Shown here one piece after another: positions 51,528-59,700 of a stretch of DNA of 64,000 nucleotides; positions within the stretch are counted from its first letter, which is position 1; each line of letters opens with the position of its first letter. A program made the translations under genes and the position numbers. Source of the stretch: Prochloraceae cyanobacterium (GTDB lineage Bacteria > Cyanobacteriota > Cyanobacteriia > Cyanobacteriales > JASJDA01); contig JASJDA010000019.1 of NCBI GenBank assembly GCA_030065755.1, positions 233 through 64,232 on the forward strand. The letters are read 5' to 3'. The notes below the pieces were generated by a model, which ran no database searches, was not told the DNA's origin, and worked only from the letters and a program-made list of their open reading frames with translations.

Positions 51528-51821
51528 TTAATAGTCGTTTCCTCCTCGATCTTTTGCTTGGGAATAATAGTCTGCCAAAGAGGTGCTATTTTTAATCAAT
51601 CTCGGCCACAGAATCAGAAAGTAAGTCCACCAAGCTAATATTGCTAGGGACAGCACTACTGTTACCCAGACGATTTTTGTTAATATCCAAGTTCCAGTAG
51701 GTAGGATAATTCCGACTAGTATTATTGACCAAGGCTGACACCACCAGGGTTTATAATTCCAAGGATTGAGGCTTTCTTTGGTTGAAAATCTCTGCTCTGT
51801 TTTATTTGTATTTACCTTCAT
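51528..51821 (-). CDS. Small conserved membrane protein
   Basis: 97 aa with a Trp-rich segment ([14 protein letters not shown]) and two TM helices. Its start overlaps the ndhM 3' end by 20 nt. Confidence 0.55.
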   Translation of the reverse strand: MKVNTNKTEQRFSTKESLNPWNYKPWWCQPWSIILVGIILPTGTWILTKIVWVTVVLSLAILAWWTYFLILWPRLIKNSTSLADYYSQAKDRGGNDY

Positions 51822-52158
51822 CAGCAGGGCTATCTATTCGTGGCAGTCCCATACTGTAATTTAGTACTCGACCACCTAGGTTATAACTAATTTCTCCCTT
51901 CTGGAGAAGGGAACGGATAAAATGCTCTAAGTCAGAGCCAATGCGACGCAAGTTGTATTCACTCAACTCTTCCCCATTATATGATTCTACTAAATCGTCA
52001 AATTTACGATAAACTTTCTGCAAGGAATCTTCTTGCCAATTAAATTCATTATCGGGATCGATGTCTAAAGTTAATACGCCGTCATTGGGGACTAGTTCGT
52101 TACCCTGAACCTCAGCGGTATAAATCCGAATATGACGGGTAGTGGATTTTAATAGCAT
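51802..52158 (-). CDS. ndhM: NAD(P)H-quinone oxidoreductase (NDH-1) subunit M
   Basis: [24 protein letters not shown]...[13 protein letters not shown] is diagnostic of cyanobacterial NdhM. Confidence 0.93.
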   Translation of the reverse strand: MLLKSTTRHIRIYTAEVQGNELVPNDGVLTLDIDPDNEFNWQEDSLQKVYRKFDDLVESYNGEELSEYNLRRIGSDLEHFIRSLLQKGEISYNLGGRVLNYSMGLPRIDSPADEGKYK

Positions 52159-52284
52159 AGAAATTTATTTTTCCTAAGTTTACCTTCTTAAATTTTTACA
52201 TTTTCTGTCCCTGAATAGTTTCATATTCTGGGATCTTAAAATATGTCTTTATTCTAAAAATTTTAACAAATCATTTATCCTCTG

Positions 52285-52319
52285 CAAAAATTTGGCTTGC
52301 GAATTGTTCGCAAACCAAA
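52285..52319 (-). terminator. Rho-independent terminator of ppa
   Basis: Minus-strand RNA uuugguuugcgaa-caau-uucgcaagccaaa forms a 13-bp stem with one G-U pair, followed by uuuuu. It lies 29 nt after the ppa stop. Confidence 0.7.
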
Positions 52320-52347
52320 CTATTGTTAGATATTCTGTTCTAACGTT

Positions 52348-52763
52348 TTACTGTCCCGCTGCTTGGATGCATTTTTCTATTAGAGAGTTTACCGCATCCA
52401 CATCCTTCCAACCGAGAATTTCAGTGACTTTCTTCTCTAGATTTTTGTAAGTACTGAAAAATTCAGCAATTTCATCTAATCGATGTGTGGCAATGTCAGA
52501 AAGGCTTTTGACTTGGTTGTAACGAGGGTCTTTGTCGGGGACGCAAAGAAGTTTCTCGTCGCGATCGCCTCCGTCAATCATTTCTAGCATTCCAACTGGT
52601 CGTGCTGCTATTATGCAGCCTGGAAAAGTCGGTTGGTCTATCAATACCATTCCATCTAAAGGATCGCCGTCGTCGGCTAAGGTATTCGGGATAAAACCGT
52701 AATCGCAAGGGTACTGTACTGAAGAATACAATACGCGATCGAGCGCAAAAGCATTGAGGTCTT
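52348..52763 (-). CDS. ppa: Inorganic pyrophosphatase, exon 2 (codon 33 positions 2-3 through the stop)
   Basis: Encodes (K)[44 protein letters not shown]... The frame is closed by TAA immediately upstream unless it is spliced to exon 1. Confidence 0.88.
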
Positions 52764-53676
52764 GTTAAACTAAGCCGAGAAGTCACCTTTTCGACTCGTC
52801 TTCAAAACGGTACGTGAAAGTTTCCCTTCATACCGCTCCTCACCAAACGCGGTGCAGCTAAGACATACTTCCGTAAAATTTATATTGGAAAGCTCTGAAG
52901 ACAAACAAATACAACTTAATTTTTTATCCATCCCACCGCAGCTCAATTAACTGGTTTTGGGCATATTCATTGCTGTTTCTCCTCATTCCACGTTTGCTGT
53001 GAGTCCGTCTGCATATCCTTCCTATTACAGCAAGGCATTGGCTTCTGACTCAATCCCACCTGTCCCCAGCATTCGGTTAGCACCTACTTGCAGAAACATT
53101 TATCTTTCTCAAGAGCATGGGGGAGGTTACTTCGTTCCTAACTGGCTTTGGTTTCTGGCTTTAGGGTCTCTCTTTCCGCCGAAATTTAAAAGGGTGCGTC
53201 TATTGTAAAGATTAAACTTTATTTAGCTCTTGGCATCTAGTTGACAATCTATTTGCCGATATATTATCTTCCCTGCATTTCAGCCTTTTTTGCAGGTCTA
53301 CGATGACGACGGTTCCAAAAGAGTTCGCTTTTGCTACCCATAACCAGTTGCTAGAGGCATTACCGCATTTAGGCTAGCAGTAATTTCCCTTTTTCTTCCC
53401 GCTTCAGGGTTTGATGGCTAGTCTCGAACCTGGGGAAGTGCTGTCACTCCTGCACCTGGAGGGTTGGACTTGTTCGGTAATTTTCCTGAAAATGGTTCGG
53501 TAATTTCTGCTCATTTTCTGTTAAGATATATGAACAACCTTAAATTCAAGATAAACTCACTCGAACTCACCAACAAGCCAGCTAAGTTATCAAGATGAAA
53601 ATACTCATCTTGTGGCTAATCCCTCAACCCAAAACCCGATCGAGTTAGGGGCTGATTTCTAGCCAACGAATCGCAC
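52764..53676 (-). ncRNA. ORF-less group II intron (913 nt) interrupting ppa
   Basis: The minus strand begins GUGCGA at 53676. Domain V-like hairpin GAGCGGUAUGAAGGGAAACUUUCACGUACCGUUU lies about 40 nt from the 3' end. The intron ends ...UUUAAC. No ORF of at least 60 aa on the intron strand lies within the intron; the one 70-aa minus-strand ORF touching it (52574..52786) straddles the 3' splice site. The exon join restores the frame. Confidence 0.82.
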
Positions 53677-53773
53677 TATCAAATTCGTACTTATTTTTGC
53701 TACCTGCTGGAATTTCAATTAAAACATTGATGACACCAGGTTTTGGTCGAGCATTAATGCGCGATAAATCCAC
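53677..53773 (-). CDS. ppa: Inorganic pyrophosphatase, exon 1
   Basis: GTG start with ggaga 7 nt upstream. Encodes (M)[31 protein letters not shown] plus the first base of Lys33. Confidence 0.85.
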
Positions 53774-53803
53774 AATCTATCTCCTCGGGCAATAAATTCC
53801 GAT

Positions 53804-53846
53804 CTAGGGCATTGCTTACTGGAAACAGCCAGCTAAAATGCCCTAG
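53804..53846. repeat. Perfect 10-bp inverted repeat (23-nt loop) just upstream of the ppa start
   Basis: ctagggcatt (53804-53813) pairs with aatgccctag (53837-53846). Confidence 0.6.
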
Positions 53847-53927
53847 TGAAGCATTCTACATGCCATAGGGATATAGATTAACAATAATGCCTATCTAAGC
53901 AAATTAATTTTTAAAGCCTTTTTAGAA

Positions 53928-54116
53928 TTAGTTCTTCATTTGAGGTAATGAGTATATGTTTTTTGGTAAATACTTAACGCTACTGTTTGAAGAGTAGTAC
54001 GCGATGCAGAATAAAGGTAAAGTCAAGGTTAATAGAGCGATCGCAGTTCCAGCTATCTGCGCCCATCTATTCTGAGGAGGTTCAGAAGAATTGCTTGACG
54101 AACCTGTTGATTGCAT
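53928..54116 (-). CDS. Small hypothetical membrane protein
   Basis: 62 aa from the ATG at 54116, with one TM helix (IAGTAIALLTLTLPLFCIAYY). Confidence 0.4.
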   Translation of the reverse strand: MQSTGSSSNSSEPPQNRWAQIAGTAIALLTLTLPLFCIAYYSSNSSVKYLPKNIYSLPQMKN

Positions 54117-54214
54117 AAAATAATATATTTTGAGTTTGGTCAGTTTTTGAGAGCAAAAGGTTTTCAACAAACCTTTCTCATATAATTCTAACGATTTATC
54201 ACTACTATTAACAA

Positions 54215-54245
54215 TAAAAAAACCGCCACAGAGGTTCGGGCGGTC
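54215..54245 (-). terminator. Rho-independent terminator after the DUF362 gene
   Basis: Minus-strand accgcc-(11 nt)-ggcggu followed by uuuuuuu. Confidence 0.65.
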
Positions 54246-54332
54246 TGAATAAGCAATCGGAGGGTAATAATAGATTAGAAGGGAAAAAGCCGAAATTATG
54301 TAGCAAATTTGACTACTTAAGCTTTTTTTTCC

Positions 54333-55295
54333 TTATTTAGTGATATAAGCATTCCTTGGTTCTCGAATAAACCTTATGTATAGGTGCTTAAAAGTAGAAC
54401 GTAAAACGCGAGGTAGACCAAAATCGATCGCGATGAGGTTTTCTGGTAATTTCCAGTCAGAAATTTGTAATTGTGCGGGATTTTGCCGAACGAAGTCAAT
54501 CTGAGATAATTGGGAACAAAGTCCTAATCTCGATTGGGCGGCAAGTGTGGGTACGAGATCTGGGTCAACTTTAAGAATTTCTACGATCGCTCGATCGAGG
54601 GCAAAAACGTCCTCAGAGGCTCCTAGAAGGCCTAAAGAGCGAGGTTCGCCCCCGCTAGGTCCATTTCCTTGATGAGCGACAATACCGTCGATAATGGTTA
54701 AATTTGGGGCGATCGCTCGTGCAGTTTCTACTAACATCTCGCCAAAACGGTTGGCATCTTTCCCTGCTTCCATATGCCACCAGGCTTTCATTTTACCTGG
54801 AACGCAGCCAAAAAGGTTTTTCACTCCCATGGTCATTGTTAGCTGCGCGTGGGATTTAATTTTAGGTAGGTTAATTACTACATCTGCATCCATTGCTTCT
54901 TTGGACAAACGCAGGTGGTTGAAGCGATCGCTAGTAGTTTGATAGCGCTTACCGCTAAATTCAACTATGGGTAAGTTTAATTCTTCCATAAAAGAAAGAT
55001 ACCCATTGTTTCTAGCAACTCCTCTAGCACTACCAAATGCTGGACTGTCCCCAAAAAATGGTTTTCCTCCTGCTTCTTTTACGAGTTGGGCAACGCAGTA
55101 AACTATTTCTGGGCGAGTAATACATTCTTTTCCTGGTCTTCCTGCGGTTAACAGGTTGGGTTTGAGGAGGACGCGATCGCCATTTTTGACAAAAGCTTCC
55201 ATTCCTCCCAGAGGTTCTAATAAAGTTTCTATTCGAGAACGCAAACTTTTTACTTCGTAGGAGTCGGCGCGAATTAAACTGACGGTAGATTTCAT
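54333..55295 (-). CDS. DUF362 domain-containing protein
   Basis: 320 aa. VLLKPNLLTA...ITRPEIV...FGDSPAFGS... pattern, typical of DUF362. Confidence 0.75.
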   Translation of the reverse strand: MKSTVSLIRADSYEVKSLRSRIETLLEPLGGMEAFVKNGDRVLLKPNLLTAGRPGKECITRPEIVYCVAQLVKEAGGKPFFGDSPAFGSARGVARNNGYLSFMEELNLPIVEFSGKRYQTTSDRFNHLRLSKEAMDADVVINLPKIKSHAQLTMTMGVKNLFGCVPGKMKAWWHMEAGKDANRFGEMLVETARAIAPNLTIIDGIVAHQGNGPSGGEPRSLGLLGASEDVFALDRAIVEILKVDPDLVPTLAAQSRLGLCSQLSQIDFVRQNPAQLQISDWKLPENLIAIDFGLPRVLRSTFKHLYIRFIREPRNAYITK

Positions 55296-55362
55296 GTAAT
55301 TAATGCGAGCAGGATCTTTTTTTTGTGCTATAATTATTTATAGTAAATTTAATTTGCTCTAA

Positions 55363-56586
55363 ATGCTCCAAGTACTCAAAGTAAGACTATATCCAAACAC
55401 CCAACAGCAACAAGCCTTAAGTCAATCTTTTGGTAATTGTCGCTGGCTTTGGAATTATTGTCTTAATTTGATGAATCAGACTTATATAGATACGGGAAAA
55501 GGCTTATCAGGATATGAAGTTAAAAAGCAAATACCACAACTGAAAAAAGAGTACGAGTGGTTAAAGTTAACTTACTCTCAATGCTTACAGCAGGTTTGTT
55601 TAAATCTCGGTACTGCTTTTAATAACTTCTTTGAAAGAAGAAACAAATATCCTCGTTTTAAATCAAAGCATGGCAAACAATCTATACAATATCCTCAAAA
55701 TGTAAAAAGGATAGAAGATTGTTTAAGGCTACCAATGATAGGGGATGTCAAAGCAGTATTTCATCGAGAAATAGAAGGAAAAATAAAAACTGTAACTATA
55801 TCTAAAAACAAGTCAGATCAATACTTTGCAGCTATTTTATTTGAAGATGGTAAAGAGCAACCTAAATCAAATATCGAGGTGAAAGCAATAGGTATAGACC
55901 TGGGAATTAATCATTTTGCTATCACCAGTGACGGTAACAAATTTGATAACCCCAGATGGCTAGCCAAACACGAACAAAATTTAAAGGTTAAACAACAAAA
56001 ATTATCTAGAAAAGAAAAAGCGCACCGCCTGCGCCGAGGTCTCCTCGGCGTAAAGACGGAGCAAGAAGCATCAAACAACAGAAATAAAGCTAGAAAAGTT
56101 GTAGCTAAAGTACATAACAAAATACGATTATGTCGCTCTGATTTTCATCACAAACTATCGCGCAGGATAGTAAACGAAAACCAAATTATTGTAGTTGAAA
56201 ATCTAGCAGTCTCAAACATGGTCAAGAACCCCAAAATATCTAAGGCTATAAGTCAAGTAGGATGGGGACAATTTTGTACCATGCTTAAATATAAAGCGGA
56301 GGGAGAAGGCAAGGTATATCAAGAGGTAGATAGATTTTTTCCTAGTTCTAAAACTTGTAATGTTTGCCTCAACCAAGTTGATAGTTTGCCTCTTGAAATA
56401 AGATTTTGGGACTGTTCTAGCTGTGGCACTAAACACATAGATCGTGATATTAACGCCGCTAAAAATATCCGAGATGAAGGACTGCGAATTATTTCCTCTG
56501 GGACGGGGGATAAAGCCTATCGCCAAACTGTAAGACTTCGTGCTGGAGGACGCAAGAAATCCACTATTCCGCTAGTTTCTGGGTAG
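55363..56586 (+). CDS. tnpB: IS200/IS605-family (IS1341-type) TnpB RNA-guided endonuclease, solo copy
   Basis: 407 aa. RuvC D (AIGIDLGINHFA), E (IIVVENLAVSNM) and D (DRDINAAKNI). Zinc finger CNVC...CSSCG. N-terminal LKVRLYPNTQQQQAL. Confidence 0.92.
   Translation: MLQVLKVRLYPNTQQQQALSQSFGNCRWLWNYCLNLMNQTYIDTGKGLSGYEVKKQIPQLKKEYEWLKLTYSQCLQQVCLNLGTAFNNFFERRNKYPRFKSKHGKQSIQYPQNVKRIEDCLRLPMIGDVKAVFHREIEGKIKTVTISKNKSDQYFAAILFEDGKEQPKSNIEVKAIGIDLGINHFAITSDGNKFDNPRWLAKHEQNLKVKQQKLSRKEKAHRLRRGLLGVKTEQEASNNRNKARKVVAKVHNKIRLCRSDFHHKLSRRIVNENQIIVVENLAVSNMVKNPKISKAISQVGWGQFCTMLKYKAEGEGKVYQEVDRFFPSSKTCNVCLNQVDSLPLEIRFWDCSSCGTKHIDRDINAAKNIRDEGLRIISSGTGDKAYRQTVRLRAGGRKKSTIPLVSG
56019..56068. repeat. GC-rich palindrome-containing ~50-nt segment in frame inside tnpB
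   Basis: agcgcaccgcctgcgccgaggtctcctcggcgtaaagacggagcaagaag. The core gccgagg-tct-cctcggc (56033-56049) is a perfect hairpin. Local GC is far above the surrounding gene. Confidence 0.6.
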
Positions 56587-56630
56587 GAAGCCCACGCTGT
56601 ACCGTCAGGTCAGCGTGTGGTAGTTCACAA
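56430..56630 (+). ncRNA. Putative omega RNA (reRNA) scaffold of the TnpB element. The 5' boundary is approximate.
   Basis: In established TnpB systems the guide RNA overlaps the tnpB 3' end and stops at the IS right end. Here a terminal hairpin cccacgctg-(11 nt)-cagcgtgtgg followed by tagttcac lies just after the stop codon. Confidence 0.45.
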
Positions 56631-56787
56631 CAGTCGGGATTATTAACTCTACCTCGCTCCACCACTGATGATAGTTTTGAGGTAATGCTAGATGGTTTGT
56701 TTGTGGCGATCGAACACGTAATGAAGGATGCAAGATGAAAAATTTGAGGGCTATAAAACTTATACAGCGCATTGTTTAGCACGGTTT

Positions 56788-59700
56788 TCACCCTGCCAGC
56801 CGTCGATCGTCTTTCGGTATCTCTCCATCGCGACGGTTGTCCTCTTGCAAGCCATTAATGATAATTTGAGCTAACGCAGAGGCTGCTTCTAGATGAATAT
56901 TGTGTCCCCCTGGGACAAAAAATCGCTTTGCTTGGGGCATGGCTGCTTGTTGCTCTGAGAGATCTTCTTTTTGATTGAAATTGCTTTTATCCCCATAAAT
57001 TAAAGTTGTAGGAACTTTAATTTGTTTTAGTAGACCTAAGTACTGGGATCTACTGAGATTGTTGATGTCAACTCCAATACAAGTACTAAGTAAAGGATCC
57101 CATTGCCAACGCAAGCCTCCGGTGCAAGGTTCAGTAATTCTTTGGGCTAGTTTCATGGCTAGTGACTCAGATAAGACAGGGTTAGCCTTATGCAAGCGTT
57201 CTGCAGCAGTAGCCAAGTTAGGAAAAACATGATGTTTGGGAGGAGAAGCGAGATAGTCTAGATGAGTTGCTATTTGTTCGGCAGTTTCATCGAAACGGAC
57301 TTCTCTCTGTAGTATGGTTTCTACTAATACCAACTCTTTAACCTTCTGAGGACGGGAACTAGCAAATAAAGCAGCAATAACTGACCCAAGAGAGTGCCCT
57401 ATTAAAGTAAAAGGCATGTATGTTAATTTTTCTATTATTGCATCCAAGTCTGCTAGAAAATCGAGTAAGCTATAGGAAGATTGACTCCCTCCATGAGCAG
57501 AGCGTCCGTGTCCCCGCAAATCTGGAGCAACAACCCAGTAGCCTTTTTGGGCTAAACGCTCAGCTAATTCTGACCAAGCTGCCCCTTGGTCGAGAAGGCC
57601 GTGAAGACACAATATTAAGCGTCCAGCTTCTGGTCCCCAACTGCAAAGACATAGATTTAAACCTCGCACTTTCAAAAAATGTTCCTTCATGGTTGTTGTG
57701 GAAGAAGGACCTTTTGCTTTCGAGGGTAATTGGTAATCAAGGGAAGTAGCGACTCGAGCGGCCAAATCTTCGAGTTGGTGAGGCAGTTTAATTTTGTTCT
57801 CAACTTGCTCTAGTGCAGTCTCAATTTGTTTGTGTTGGAGAAAGTTGGAATCTCCAATGGACGTGGATTTGCTGCTGTGAAACCCATCCGTCATTCTCGC
57901 TCCTTCATAAGGTTTGAGTATGGCTGGGTCAAAAGGAATGGCCAAAAATTCACATAAACCCTTCATTAGCTTTTCGGGTTGTACGACTAAATCTTCATAC
58001 CGGATTAGATGATGACGTTTTTGCTCGATTTGTTTGCAGAAATCGCGGATGTTTTGGTTGCTGTTTGCCCAGATATGTTCTGCTACTTTGTAGGAGTCTG
58101 TACGATCTGCATCCACGAGTTTATCGGTTCTCATGCGAACAAAAGACTCAATTACGGCATAAGGATGACGTACTAGGTAAATGTATTTAGCATTTTCAAA
58201 TAAATCTTCTGCTCTTTCCAAAGTCTGTCTATGCATTCCGTAGGTAGTAGATTTATCCACCAGTATGCGATCGCCTGCTAGATTCTTCAGCATGGCATAG
58301 ATTTCATAGATGGAAACGTCATCTGCTATTAGTTGCTTAATCAACTCTTGGCTGGCACGAGAGTCAATTCCTTTTAATTCCCTTAAAGCTCGCTGCAGTC
58401 CATCTTCAAGATAAGAGATATCCACTTCTGGCTGCCTTTCGCTCATGGTATTAAAGGGTAATAAGTGCAATTCTGGAGGAGAAAATATAGAACAATGTCT
58501 TGCTAGCATTATTCTTAGTAAGTTAGACCCAGATCTGGGACTAGAAAGAATAAATGCCATGCCAGTAAGTTTTTTTCCCATACTGACACTGGAGGAAGGG
58601 GGGGACGTAGGGGAGAATGGGATACTCGTGGAGAAGGATAATTTTTGCTTCTGCTGACTTTTGACTTGAATATGGGTGCGTTCAAACTCACTAACTAGAT
58701 ATCTCGCCAGAGAATGAATTGTGGGTCGCTTGTATAATTCTTGCGCATATAACATTAATCGTAAATCGCGCCCTATTCGATTAATTGTTTCCACAACCAT
58801 CAACGAATCTATGCCTAAATCCAGCAAACTATCGATTAACTGAATTTGCTCTGGGTGCATTTGTAATGTAGCCGAGATTAAGTTTTTTAAATAAGAATTT
58901 AAAAATTCCTGCCGTTGAGAGGATGACATTTTCAACAGGGAAGTAAATATTTGTGTTTGTGGAGCTGCTGGTTTAGCTGCTAATTTTTCTCGATCCTGTT
59001 GAACCGATATTTTCAGCAATTCCGACACGAGATTGACTTGTTCTGGAGAAAATTTGCCAGTTTTTTCTAATTGTTGAGCCAACTGTTGGGGATCTGGAGT
59101 TTTCCGCCAATCCGCAATGGTTGGGGTCTGACTTTCGCAAGAGGAATAAGCGAATTTTTGGCTTGCATTTGCTGAAGTCTCCACCCAATACCGTTGCCTT
59201 TGAAAGGGATAAGTGGGTAAGACAACTTTATTACGGGGAAGATAGGCTTCAAAACTCCTCCAATCCACTTTTACCCCTGCCACATATAACTCAGCTAATG
59301 TCTCTAAGATCTGCTGCCAATCTTCTTTTCCTGGGCGTAAGGAAGGCAACCATTTTGCTTGGCGATCGTCGGGGACAGATTGGCGTGCCATGCCTAATAA
59401 TACTGGTTTTGGACCGATCTCGACGAATAACTCGTAACCTTTCTCGGCTAAAGTCTCAATTGCTGGAGCAAACAGCACTGTCTGACGAATGCGATCGCAC
59501 CAGTATTCGGGAGTGGCGATCTCTCTATCTACTGGATCTCCTGTGAGGTTAGAAATTAATTCAATTTTGGGTTGTTGATAGTTTATTTGACTGGCTATCT
59601 GCCGAAACTCAGCCAACATTGGCTCCATCAGAGGAGAATGGAAAGCATGAGAAACTTGTAGTTTAGTTGTTTTAATTCCTGCTTCAGTTAAAGTCTGAGT

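Noticed and set aside
52574-53208. ORF 52574-52786 (minus) and ORF 52957-53208 (plus)
   Set aside because: The first is out of frame with ppa exon 2 and crosses the intron 3' splice site. The second lies on the strand opposite the group II intron RNA. Neither resembles a reverse transcriptase or maturase.
55911-56791. Minus-strand ORFs of 69, 104 and 75 aa
   Set aside because: They are antisense to tnpB and its omega-RNA region. The 75-aa ORF only fills the gap between the PKS stop and the IS end.
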